The position numbers and the translations under genes were made by a program. A stretch of DNA of 50,831 nucleotides from an uncultured Bacteroidaceae bacterium. GTDB taxonomy: Bacteria > Bacteroidota > Bacteroidia > Bacteroidales > GCA-2748055. Below are positions 10,031 through 21,485 of this stretch, one piece after another (position 1 is the first letter of the stretch; each line of letters starts with the position of its first letter). The notes below the pieces were generated by a model that saw nothing but the letters and a program-made list of their open reading frames with translations, searched no databases and was not told where the DNA came from. The stretch lies in the NCBI GenBank assembly GCA_964595055.1, contig CAZQOV010000002.1, positions 1 to 50,831 of the forward strand, written 5' to 3'.

Positions 10031-10315
10031 GTTGTGCAGTTATGCAGTTTTTCATCAGTTATGGATGTAATAGATGATAGTGTTTGAAGCTGGAATAAGG
10101 ATTATATTAAGTTTTGCATTTTTTTTATTAAACAAGGTAAAAAATGATAATACCTGGAAGAGGGTGATAATCTTATTAATGAATAAATCAAAAACAAACC
10201 ACCCCCTATTCAAAGCAAACTGCACAACTGCCTAACTGCAAAACCAGAACTCCTCCTCCCCATGGTAGGGATTCCCCCACCAAAAAAGTAGTAAGCTCCT
10301 CCATGGGGATTCGGA
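10031..10315. repeat. Copy R1 of a dispersed element: octamer-tract inverted repeats flanking ~167 bp, plus a C-rich box
   Basis: GTTGTGCAGTTATGCAGTTT (10031-10050) is the imperfect reverse complement of AAACTGCACAACTGCCTAACTGCAAAAC (10218-10245). This is followed by CTCCTCCTCCCCATGGTAGGGATTCCCCC and a second partial copy, CTCCTCCATGGGGATTCGG. It has the same architecture, inverted, as 21170-21444. Confidence 0.6.
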
Positions 10316-10347
10316 ACCATCCTTATATTCATTTTTGTTATTAGGGA

Positions 10348-10355
10348 TATATTTG
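10348..10355 (+). promoter_or_regulatory. Candidate Bacteroidota -7 promoter box (TAnnTTTG) for the 10389 gene and V-ATPase operon
   Basis: TATATTTG lies 34 nt upstream of the ATG at 10389. A TTTG is present at 10334-10337, but its spacing is shorter than the canonical -33/-7 distance. No comparable box occurs directly upstream of atpE. Confidence 0.35.
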
Positions 10356-10388
10356 TTATCTGAATAACAAAGATGTTTTTTTTACGGG

Positions 10389-11123
10389 ATGAATCAAAAA
10401 TTAAGAGGGAGTAAAAAAACTATTCTTGTAATTGCCGATTGTTATTACGGGAGGATGTATGCTGGCAGATTTGCGGTTAAGAACCTCGTCGACAGGGATT
10501 CTACCTTAATACTATTACAGACCTATCAGCCTCCACAACAAAGAAAAGAAAAGGGTAACGGGATTTCCCCCTTACTGAAAAGAATTGCAGAGCGTGAATT
10601 AAGAGAATTCAAAGCCCGCTTATTGTGCGAGTTTGATCTGCCTTCAAGCAAAGTGCAAACCCTGGTGCGTGAAGGGGAATTGAATAAGATTATTGATCAG
10701 GATTTTGCTGTTATCCCAAATCTTTGTATCGTTATCGGTTCTATGAACGAAGGGAATTCAGCAAAAATTCCCTGTTGGAATGTAATTGCTTCCCTTATGA
10801 TGGCCAGTGTACGGCCGGTTTTTCTTATTACGGATTGTATTACAGTGATTGAAAATTCAAGAATATTAGCCATAACCGGGAAACAAAATCCAAAAACTCT
10901 GAATTATCTGGGTTTTATTAAGGAGCTAAAAAATAAATTCGGTTACCAGTTGGAGGTAATTGCTCCCGAAGACGGACAGAAAATCGCCCTGGAGGCAGAA
11001 TCTGCTGCACATTTTAAGGAATACAGCGAGTTGGAAGGGAATTATTCAAATTTCATTGAACAAATGTTTTATGAGCGGGTAATTTCTGTGAGCTCCTTAA
11101 GAGGTTGGACAAAAGACAAATAA
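10389..11123 (+). CDS. Hypothetical protein, possibly a degenerate universal-stress-protein-like fold, co-oriented with the V-ATPase operon
   Basis: 244 aa with ATG start. The N-terminal half has a USP-like pattern: KKTILVIADCYYG.., then ..LILLQTYQ.., then ..NLCIVIGSMNEG....VRPVFLI. The similarity is weak and judged by eye only. Confidence 0.35.
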   Translation: MNQKLRGSKKTILVIADCYYGRMYAGRFAVKNLVDRDSTLILLQTYQPPQQRKEKGNGISPLLKRIAERELREFKARLLCEFDLPSSKVQTLVREGELNKIIDQDFAVIPNLCIVIGSMNEGNSAKIPCWNVIASLMMASVRPVFLITDCITVIENSRILAITGKQNPKTLNYLGFIKELKNKFGYQLEVIAPEDGQKIALEAESAAHFKEYSELEGNYSNFIEQMFYERVISVSSLRGWTKDK

Positions 11124-11156
11124 TAGTTAAACAATTAATATATAATAAGATCCGAT

Positions 11157-11780
11157 ATGGAAATGCAAAGTAAAATAAAAGAATTAACCGAAAAAATCCA
11201 TCGCGAAGGTTTGGAAAAAGCCAATGAAGAGGCGGAAAAGATCCTTCGGGAAGCTCGGGCGGAAGCTGAAAAGACCCTCAGTGACGCGAAAAAGGAGGCG
11301 GAAAAGATTCGGGAAGATGCAAAAAAAGAAGCCGAGGACTTTTCCGAGAGGATGAAGTCTGAAGTTCGCATGTCTCAGCAACAGGCTCTTGCCGCGTTTA
11401 AGAAAGAGATCACCGAATTGATCCAGGCCGAGGTTATTTCTGAACCGGTTGAATCCGGTATGGAAGATACAAAGTTTGTTCAGAAATTGATGGAAACCGT
11501 GGTGAAAAACTGGAAACCCGATTCTGATCGCGCAGACCTTCAGGTACTTGTGCCAAAAGAACAACTGGAAAGCACAGAAAAATATTTGCAGGAAAAAGCT
11601 GGTGAACTGATGAATAAAGGATTGGTGGTTAAGGAATATCCCGGAATAAGTAAGGGCTTTGAAATTCAGCCGAAGGATGGTCATTATAAGATCAGTATGA
11701 CCGACGAGGCTTTTGAATATTTTATCAGGGAGCATTTTAAACCCAAAACCGTAGAATTTTTATTTGGAGGAGACAAATAA
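11157..11780 (+). CDS. atpE: V-type ATP synthase subunit E
   Basis: 207 aa with a Lys/Glu/Ala-rich N-terminal coiled coil (EEAEKILREARAEAEKTLSDAKKEAEKIREDAKKEAE) and a globular C-terminal half. It is the first gene of the V-ATPase cluster, and its stop overlaps the next start (TAATG). Confidence 0.75.
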   Translation: MEMQSKIKELTEKIHREGLEKANEEAEKILREARAEAEKTLSDAKKEAEKIREDAKKEAEDFSERMKSEVRMSQQQALAAFKKEITELIQAEVISEPVESGMEDTKFVQKLMETVVKNWKPDSDRADLQVLVPKEQLESTEKYLQEKAGELMNKGLVVKEYPGISKGFEIQPKDGHYKISMTDEAFEYFIREHFKPKTVEFLFGGDK

Positions 11781-12619
11781 TGAGTCATCACAAATATCAT
11801 TATCTGATATCAGGCTTACCCGATCTTTCTTTCGACGACCAGAAGAAGATTTTTGAGATCGCTGATTTTAAGGAGATGCTTGAAGATTCTTTGTATGAAG
11901 AAGATTTTGATCAGGTTAAGCTTGTGTTTTTAAAAGATGATAATGAAAATCTTGTTAATTTTCTGGCAACGGGAGAACTAAAAGCCGGACTCTCCGGGAA
12001 TTTTACTGCCGCCGATTTTAAAGAAATGCGGGAAGATACTTCGTTTCCGGGAGCTGAGGAAGAACGCTACCCCTCATATATGACAGAGCTTATCATGAAA
12101 TACGAAGGAGAGGAAAGCTTTTCCCCTGTTGATTACCGGCATTTGCTTGCCGATAAATATTATGACCATATCATGGAAAAGGGTAGCGATTTTCTCAAGG
12201 AATTCACCCTTTTGAATTATAACATAGAAAATCTGAGGGCTTTTATTGAATCCGGCAAGTATAAAATGGATCAGGAGCGTTTCATTACAGGAAATAACAG
12301 TATGGCCTTGCATCTGCAACAATCGGTTTCAAGAACGCTTACCAGGGACCCTGAATTTGATCTTTTTGATGAGGTGGTGAGTCTTTCCGAGATTACTTCA
12401 ATAGCTGAAAAAGAACTTAAGTTTGACCAGCTGAAATGGAACCTGATTGATGAAATGATCTTTTTCGAGTATTTCAACATAAACTGGATCCTGGGCTACT
12501 TACACAAATTATTCATTCTGAGACGCTGGGCCAATCTGGATGCCCACAGCGGTGAGGAGAAACTCAGAAAAATCATTACCGGTCTGGAAGAATATGCTGC
12601 CGGTAACCTGGAAAGCTAA
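11780..12619 (+). CDS. DUF2764-like protein, the V-ATPase-operon-associated protein of Bacteroidota (probable subunit C/d substitute)
   Basis: 279 aa. It sits between the E and A subunit genes, as in Bacteroidota V-ATPase operons. The N-terminus YHYLISGLPDLSFD is as I remember for the family. Assignment is by position and memory of the motif, not by search. Confidence 0.6.
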   Translation: MSHHKYHYLISGLPDLSFDDQKKIFEIADFKEMLEDSLYEEDFDQVKLVFLKDDNENLVNFLATGELKAGLSGNFTAADFKEMREDTSFPGAEEERYPSYMTELIMKYEGEESFSPVDYRHLLADKYYDHIMEKGSDFLKEFTLLNYNIENLRAFIESGKYKMDQERFITGNNSMALHLQQSVSRTLTRDPEFDLFDEVVSLSEITSIAEKELKFDQLKWNLIDEMIFFEYFNINWILGYLHKLFILRRWANLDAHSGEEKLRKIITGLEEYAAGNLES

Positions 12620-12678
12620 GCCAGAAAAAAGTGAACCTTATATATTCAAAATAATAGAACTGGAAAAAAATATAAAAA

Positions 12679-14454
12679 ATGACAATAGGAAAAGTTAAAG
12701 GTATCATCGCAAACCTCGTGATTGTGGAAGTGGATGGAGCGGTTTCACAAAACGAGATCTGTATGATCAAACATAGCGAAGCAGACCTGATGGCCGAGGT
12801 GATAAAAATTGAGGGAAACCTGGCCTATGTACAGGTATTTGAAAGCACAAGGGGGCTGAAGCCTCTGACCGATGTGGAATTTACCGGAAGAATGCTGGAG
12901 GTTACACTCGGTCCTGGTATTCTAAGTCGAAATTATGACGGACTTCAGAATAACCTTGACACCATGACGGGGATTTTTCTTAAACGAGGGGAATATACCG
13001 CTCCCCTGAATGAGAATAAAGAATGGGAATATACCTCCTTGGCAGAAAAAGGGGATACAGTTGAAGCCGGAGATTGGCTGGGACAGGTCAAGGAAAACCT
13101 TATACTGCATAAGATTATGGTTCCCTTCACGCTGGAAGGAAGCTGGAAAGTAGCTTCTGTTGCTGGTGACGGAAATTATAAAATCAAGGACACCATTGCC
13201 GTTCTGGAGAATTCGAAAGGTGAGAAAAAAGAAGTTAACATGGTCCAAAAATGGCCGGTAAAAAAACCCTTGAAATCATTTGTCAATAAACCAAGACCTT
13301 TCAAAATCCTTGAAACGGGTATTCGGGCGATTGATACCCTAAACCCCATTACTGAAGGAGGAACCGGTTTTATTCCCGGACCCTTTGGATGTGGAAAAAC
13401 CGTACTTCAGCATGCCATTTCCCGTCAGGCAGAAGCTGATATTGTTATTGTGGCAGCCTGTGGTGAGCGAGCCAATGAGGTTGTGGAGATATTCAAAGAG
13501 TTCCCCGAGCTTGAAGATGCGAGAACGGGAGCAAAACTTATTGAACGTACAACCATTATCGCGAATACCTCCAACATGCCGGTAGCTGCACGTGAGGCTT
13601 CCGTTTATACGGCAATGACACTGGCAGAGTATTACCGGAATATGGGATTGAAGGTGCTTATGCTTGCCGATTCTACGTCAAGGTGGGCACAGGCACTCAG
13701 GGAGATGTCAAACCGTATGGAAGAGCTTCCTGGGCCTGATGCATTCCCTATGGATCTCCCCGCCATCATTTCCAATTTCTATTCCCGCGCAGGTTTTGTT
13801 GAGCTTAAGAATGGCACAACCGGTTCCATCACCTTTATCGGAACCGTTTCTCCTGCAGGTGGTAACCTGAAAGAACCGGTAACCGAAGCCACGAAAAAAG
13901 CGGCAAGATGTTTTTATGCGCTTTCGCAGCAACGTGCAGACAGTAAGCGTTACCCTGCCATCGATCCGATAGACAGTTATTCAAAGTATATGGAATATGA
14001 CGAGGTACGGGAAACCATGAAGGAAAGTATCTCTGAGAACTGGCTCGATATTGTCGATTTTACCCGCGATATTCTGATCAAGGGTAAAGAGGCTCAGGAA
14101 CAGATCAACATACTTGGTGACGACGGGGTTCCGGTGGAACACCACATTCTTTTCTGGAAATCAGAGCTTATCGATTTTGTGATCCTTCAGCAGGATGCAT
14201 TCGATGAAATAGACCGGATGTCACCCATGGAAAGGCAGAAATATATGCTGGAAAAAGTTATTACCATTGTAAACACCGATTTCAGTTTTGAGAAATTTGA
14301 AGAAGTGGCTTTATACTTCCGTAAGCTCATCAATGTGTTGAAACAAATGAACTATTCGGAATTCGAGACGGATCAGTTTAAAGAATATGAGTCAGAGCTC
14401 GAATCCATGATCGGTGAAAGAAAAACTGAAAAGGAATCCGAGCTGGCAGAATAA
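12679..14454 (+). CDS. atpA: V-type ATP synthase catalytic subunit A
   Basis: 591 aa. It has Walker A GPFGCGKTV, Walker B region VLMLADSTSRWAQALRE, and the non-homologous insert typical of A subunits. Confidence 0.95.
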   Translation: MTIGKVKGIIANLVIVEVDGAVSQNEICMIKHSEADLMAEVIKIEGNLAYVQVFESTRGLKPLTDVEFTGRMLEVTLGPGILSRNYDGLQNNLDTMTGIFLKRGEYTAPLNENKEWEYTSLAEKGDTVEAGDWLGQVKENLILHKIMVPFTLEGSWKVASVAGDGNYKIKDTIAVLENSKGEKKEVNMVQKWPVKKPLKSFVNKPRPFKILETGIRAIDTLNPITEGGTGFIPGPFGCGKTVLQHAISRQAEADIVIVAACGERANEVVEIFKEFPELEDARTGAKLIERTTIIANTSNMPVAAREASVYTAMTLAEYYRNMGLKVLMLADSTSRWAQALREMSNRMEELPGPDAFPMDLPAIISNFYSRAGFVELKNGTTGSITFIGTVSPAGGNLKEPVTEATKKAARCFYALSQQRADSKRYPAIDPIDSYSKYMEYDEVRETMKESISENWLDIVDFTRDILIKGKEAQEQINILGDDGVPVEHHILFWKSELIDFVILQQDAFDEIDRMSPMERQKYMLEKVITIVNTDFSFEKFEEVALYFRKLINVLKQMNYSEFETDQFKEYESELESMIGERKTEKESELAE

Positions 14455-14491
14455 AACAGAATCGGGTATCATCATAAAAAAACTTAAAGAG

Positions 14492-15853
14492 ATGAAAAAA
14501 AAGGCATTTCAAAAAATATACACAAAAGTCAGTAAAGTAACAAAAGCTACCTGTTCTTTGCAGGCCGATAATGTCGGTTTCGAGGAACTTGCCCTGGTAA
14601 ATGGAAAACTTGCCCAGGTGGTAAAGATAATCGGAGATGAGATCACCTTGCAGGTATTTGCCGGAACTGAAGGGATTCCGACCAATGCAGAGATAATGTT
14701 CCTTGGCCGTTCCCCATCCTTGAAGATAGGTCCCGACATGGAAGGACGATTCCTGAATGCATATGGTGACCCCATTGATGGCGGCCCCGAGTTAACGGGT
14801 AAAGATATGGAAATTGGCGGTCCTTCTGTGAATCCGGTAAGGCGTGAACAGCCTTCTCAGCTTATTGCTACCGGTATTGCAGGTATCGACCTGAATAATA
14901 CACTGGTTACCGGTCAGAAGATCCCGTTTTTTGCCGATCCTGATCAGCCTTTTAACCAGATCATGGCACTTCTGGCTCTGAGGGCTGAAGCTGATAAAAT
15001 CATTCTTGGGGGTATGGGACTTTCCAATGATGATTACCTGTTTTTCAAAAACACCTTTGAAAATGCAGGAACCCTGGAAAGAATCATTGCGTTTGTGAAT
15101 ACAACCGAAGATCCTCCTGTTGAACGCCTTATGGTTCCTGATATGGCTCTGACAGCGGCTGAGTATTTTGCCTCTGAGCATAATCAAAAAGTGTTGGTAT
15201 TGCTTACCGATATGACACTCTATGCAGATGCACTGTCCATTGTGTCGAACCGTATGGATCAAATCCCTTCAAAAGATAGCATGCCTGGTTCACTATACAG
15301 TGATCTTGCCAAAATTTATGAAAAGGCTGTACAATTCCCTGATGGAGGTTCTATTACCATTGTTGCCGTTACTACTTTATCAGGAGGCGATATAACCCAT
15401 GCCATTCCTGATAATACGGGATATATTACTGAGGGACAGCTTTTCCTCCGTCGTGATACCGATGTGGGTAAGGTAGTGGTTGACCCCTTCCGCTCACTTT
15501 CCAGGCTGAAGCAGCTTGTGATTGGAAAGCAAACCCGTGAGGATCATCCACAGGTGATGAATACCGCCATCCGTTTATACGCCGATGCAGCTAATGCAAG
15601 GACCAAACAGGAGAATGGTTTCGACCTGACCGGTTATGATGAAAGAGCACTGAAGTTTGCCGAGGAATATACCCGCGACCTGCTTGCTGTGGATGTTAAT
15701 CTCTCTGTGAATGAGATGCTTGATAAGGGTTGGATGCTATTGGCTTCACACTTCTCGCATAACGAGGTGGGGATTAAGGAAGATCTTGTGAAGAAATACT
15801 GGCCCAACAGTGAAGAGAGAAGTAAAGTGGAAGAAAACGTGCAAAATAAATAG
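14492..15853 (+). CDS. atpB: V-type ATP synthase subunit B
   Basis: The track ORF starts at a GTG (14414) that overlaps atpA. The first ATG, at 14492 (MKKKAFQKIYTKV), gives a 453-aa B subunit. VLVLLTDMTLYADALSIVSNRMDQIPS is the typical degenerate nucleotide site. Confidence 0.92.
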   Translation: MKKKAFQKIYTKVSKVTKATCSLQADNVGFEELALVNGKLAQVVKIIGDEITLQVFAGTEGIPTNAEIMFLGRSPSLKIGPDMEGRFLNAYGDPIDGGPELTGKDMEIGGPSVNPVRREQPSQLIATGIAGIDLNNTLVTGQKIPFFADPDQPFNQIMALLALRAEADKIILGGMGLSNDDYLFFKNTFENAGTLERIIAFVNTTEDPPVERLMVPDMALTAAEYFASEHNQKVLVLLTDMTLYADALSIVSNRMDQIPSKDSMPGSLYSDLAKIYEKAVQFPDGGSITIVAVTTLSGGDITHAIPDNTGYITEGQLFLRRDTDVGKVVVDPFRSLSRLKQLVIGKQTREDHPQVMNTAIRLYADAANARTKQENGFDLTGYDERALKFAEEYTRDLLAVDVNLSVNEMLDKGWMLLASHFSHNEVGIKEDLVKKYWPNSEERSKVEENVQNK

Positions 15854-15862
15854 TCAGATTTT

Positions 15863-16464
15863 ATGGAACTTAAGTTTCAATATAATAAGACATCGCTTCA
15901 GGCGCTGAATAAACAGCTCCAGATCAGAATGAGAGCATTGCCAACCCTTAAGAATAAGGAATCGGCCCTAAGGATGGAAGTAAAAATGGCAAAGAAACGA
16001 ACCCTTGCACTTACTGAAGAGTTGGAGAAACTTATTCGACTTCAGGAGGAGGATATGAGAATGTGGAATGAATTTGATTCTACGCTTATGAAAGTTGAGG
16101 AGGTAAAAGTTGCCTACAAAAAAATTGCCGGGGTTAAAACTCCGGAAATGGAAGATGTGATTTTCCGTGTAGAAGACTTTGATGTTTTTCTGAATCCCAA
16201 ATGGTTTCCTCAGGGAATCGATATTATGAAAGAATTGATGCGCCTTGTGATTGAAAAAGAATTATCGGTCAGAAAGATGGAAATGCTTGAATATGCGCGT
16301 AAAAAAACCACCCAGAAGGTGAATCTTTATGAAAAGGTCCAAATTCCGGCCTACGAGGGTGCCATTATGAAAATCAAACGTTTCCTGGAAGATGAGGAAA
16401 ATCTCACAAAGGCGGCTCAGAAGATAGTAAAAACCAGACAACAAAAAACAGCGGAGAAAGCATT

Positions 16465-16468
<4 letters not shown>
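15863..16468 (+). CDS. atpD: V-type ATP synthase subunit D
   Basis: 201-aa coiled-coil protein. The N-terminal part is LQALNKQLQIRMRALPTLKNKESALR. The C-terminal QKVNLYEKVQIPAYEGAIMKIKRFLEDEE matches the subunit D pattern. It has an ATGA overlap with the next gene. Confidence 0.85.
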
Positions 16469-18968
<2,500 letters not shown>

Positions 18969-19001
18969 ACGTTTTTTATTCGTAGTAGATAATTTAGAGT
19001 T

Positions 19002-19037
19002 GAATCCGGGTGGTTTGTGCTATCCGGATTTTTTTAT
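19002..19037 (+). terminator. Rho-independent terminator of the V-ATPase operon
   Basis: AATCCGG (19003-19009) pairs with CCGGATT (19024-19030) across a 14-nt loop. It is followed by a T7 run, 35 nt after the atpK stop. Confidence 0.7.
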
Positions 19038-19216
19038 GGAAAAAATTTTTCAAATTGACTGGCCTGCACAATAGCGAAAAATTCGGAGTATTTTACAAAT
19101 CCAATTTTGCCGATCCAAATTAAACGTCTTTTCAGGCTACCAGAATATGCCAAATTTTGTACCTTAGGTCCCTCGTTTCATTGTTATATACCTTGAAATC
19201 AGTTTCTAAATCACTC

Positions 19217-20476
19217 ATGGGCCTGAAAAGAAATATCCTTTTAAAAAGAACGGTAATTATCAGCCTTGTTGCTTTCAGTGTGCTGATTACTATCGGTATC
19301 GCTCTTGTTTTCAGAAGCAGTATAAAACGGGATTCCCGGCATATCCGGTTCGTAAGCCTGGCAGCAGATGTGGAAACCGAAATTCTCAAAACAAGGATCA
19401 GCCTGGATCAGATACCCCTCGGAAATTCTCCAAATTCTTTAAGCGAACTCGAAGACCGGCTTGATACAGTGAGATTGTTACTTACCGAATTACATTCCCT
19501 TATTTATACCAATTATAAGCCTTATGTTACCCAAAGGAATGTATTCGATTTCAGTGCCCAGTATGATAGCATCCTTTTCCAAATGAACAAAATTGAAGAT
19601 CGGGTCAGGAATTGGTCTCCCGGCCATGATCCCCTGGCCGATGCTCGTCTTTTTGACTTTTTCAATACATTTATTCTGAGTTACAAGAAATATGAAACCC
19701 ATCTTCCGAACTTGCTATTGATGGATAATTCCCGGTATAAACTGGAGATCCTGGTAATTGTTTTGCTTAACCTTATCCTTATTTTACTGGCCGGGTATAT
19801 CATCAACCGCCTGATTAATCAGTTGATACAGGCTGACCGAAATGTTGTCAGGAAAACTATCGATGTAGAAAAACGGGAAAGAGAGAGAATTGCCGCTGAT
19901 TTACACGACGGTTTGGGAGCCATTTTATCGGGATTGATTATACACATCCAGGTTTTGGAGAAAGAATATAAGGATAATCCGCAGCTTAGCGGACAATTAA
20001 AGTATTTGAATTCACTTTCGAATAATGCTATAAAAAGCATAGAAGATGCCATAAATAATCTTAACCCTTCACACCTGTCAAGATACGGACTGGTAAAGAG
20101 CTTGCAGAGAATTATAGATGAGCTCAACCAGCTTGGGAAAACTCAATTCTCCATCGATGCCCGGGATTTGGATCTGAAATTACAGGAAAGCAATGAACTT
20201 TTATTGTTCAGAATTTGTAATGAATTATTGAACAATGCACTTAAGCATTCAGAAGCTGCCCATGCACAATTTATCTTTTATAATATCAAAAAGGAATTTC
20301 ACCTGAAGTACCAGGATGATGGCATAGGTTTTTCCATGGACTCACTTTCACCGGAAGACGAACGTGGAGGCCTGTACAATTTAATTCGCCGGGTGGAATC
20401 GATGGAAGGTAATTTCAGAATAAACAGTGAACCCGGTGAAGGTGTGGAAATAGAAATTATTTTAAATTTGAGCTAG
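19217..20476 (+). CDS. Sensor histidine kinase (HisKA_3 / NarL-partner type) with two TM helices bracketing a ~170-aa extracytoplasmic domain
   Basis: The track start at 19157 is TTG. The first ATG, at 19217, gives MGLKRNILLKRTVIISLVAFSVLITIGIALVF (TM1). TM2 is LEILVIVLLNLILILLAGYII. The H-box is ERERIAADLHDGLGAIL, the N-box is NELLNNALKHS and the G-box is DDGIGF. Confidence 0.85.
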   Translation: MGLKRNILLKRTVIISLVAFSVLITIGIALVFRSSIKRDSRHIRFVSLAADVETEILKTRISLDQIPLGNSPNSLSELEDRLDTVRLLLTELHSLIYTNYKPYVTQRNVFDFSAQYDSILFQMNKIEDRVRNWSPGHDPLADARLFDFFNTFILSYKKYETHLPNLLLMDNSRYKLEILVIVLLNLILILLAGYIINRLINQLIQADRNVVRKTIDVEKRERERIAADLHDGLGAILSGLIIHIQVLEKEYKDNPQLSGQLKYLNSLSNNAIKSIEDAINNLNPSHLSRYGLVKSLQRIIDELNQLGKTQFSIDARDLDLKLQESNELLLFRICNELLNNALKHSEAAHAQFIFYNIKKEFHLKYQDDGIGFSMDSLSPEDERGGLYNLIRRVESMEGNFRINSEPGEGVEIEIILNLS

Positions 20477-20492
20477 GGAGACGCTAACCATT

Positions 20493-21152
20493 ATGGAAGG
20501 AAAAATTGATCTGCTCGTTGTTGATGACCATAAGATCTTCAGGGATGGTCTGAAACTGTTGTTGTCCCATTTTAACTTTGTTGGGGAAATTTTTGAAGCT
20601 TCCAATGGCAAGGAATTTTTGGACCTTCTGGACAGGCATGATCCGGATATCGTTTTGATGGATATTAATATGCCGGTAATGGGGGGCATAGAGGCTACGC
20701 GGGAAGCCTTAGACAGATATCCCGACCTCAAGGTAATTGTACTTACTACTTTTCATGATGAAGATTATGTAGAACAGATGATGATCATGGGAGTGGAAGG
20801 TTACATGCTCAAAAGAAGCACACCGGATGAATTTGAAGCAGCCTTGAAAAGAGTACAAATGGGCGGTAATTATTTTTCTGATGAAATTGTAAAAACTGTG
20901 GCAAAAAACCTTCAACGGATTCGAAATGAGGCTGAAAAAAAATCTTCATTGCCCTCATTTACCCAAAGAGAAAGAGAAGTCCTCGACCTTATCTGTCAGG
21001 GCTATAATAATGAACAAATTGCTGACCTGATCCATGTAAGTTCTAAAACCGTGGAAAAACACAAAAGCAATCTCTTTCAGAAGACGGATACCAATAATAC
21101 GGTGAATTTGATTATTTATGCCTTTAAAAATGGGCTGGCGGAGGTCGGGTGA
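20493..21152 (+). CDS. Response regulator, NarL/LuxR family (REC plus LuxR-type HTH)
   Basis: 219 aa with acidic pocket LLVVDDH and phospho-acceptor context PDIVLMDINMP. The C-terminal FTQREREVLDLICQGYNNEQIADLIHVSSKTVEKHKSNLFQK is a LuxR HTH. Confidence 0.9.
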   Translation: MEGKIDLLVVDDHKIFRDGLKLLLSHFNFVGEIFEASNGKEFLDLLDRHDPDIVLMDINMPVMGGIEATREALDRYPDLKVIVLTTFHDEDYVEQMMIMGVEGYMLKRSTPDEFEAALKRVQMGGNYFSDEIVKTVAKNLQRIRNEAEKKSSLPSFTQREREVLDLICQGYNNEQIADLIHVSSKTVEKHKSNLFQKTDTNNTVNLIIYAFKNGLAEVG

Positions 21153-21169
21153 TTTTAGTTTATACAATG

Positions 21170-21444
21170 GGAGTGGGGGATGGAGGACGATTGGGGTTCA
21201 GAGGTTATAAGAAGTTATGCAGTTGTGCGGTTATGCAGTTGTGAGTCTACTCAGAAAACTAGTCTTTCGGCATTTTGTGAAAGTTAGTTATTCTTTAGTA
21301 TGATTGTAATTCAGTATTTTAATTTGTGCGAATTTGTGTTCCCATTTGTGTCCATTCCTGCCCGCCGAGGCGCAGGTCAAAGTATTGGCAGGCGGGTGTG
21401 GATAATTGACTTTTCGAAGTGGACTCACAACCGCACAACCATAA
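21170..21444. repeat. Copy R2 of the dispersed element: G-box plus octamer-tract inverted repeats flanking ~174 bp
   Basis: The G-box is GAGTGGGGGATGGAGGACGATTGGGGTT (21171-21198). GTTATGCAGTTGTGCGGTTATGCAGTTGTGAGTC (21214-21247) is the imperfect reverse complement of GACTCACAACCGCACAACCATAA (21422-21444). The element lies between convergent gene ends. Confidence 0.6.
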
Positions 21445-21485
21445 AGTATTGCCATCGAAACCCTGCACTCCGGAATCAAAACAAA

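Noticed and set aside
11135-11371. Minus-strand 78-aa ORF with SASFFAS repeats.
   Set aside because: It is the antisense translation of the Lys/Glu/Ala-rich coiled-coil region of atpE, so it is a low-complexity mirror artefact.
14414-14491. N-terminal extensions in the ORF track: atpB from GTG 14414, HK from TTG 19157, mutA from TTG 27545, the 997-aa OMP from TTG 33562, the chaperone-like protein from TTG 31863, and mpl from 22889.
   Set aside because: The extensions overlap upstream genes or promoter boxes and precede canonical N-termini or signal peptides that begin at internal ATGs.
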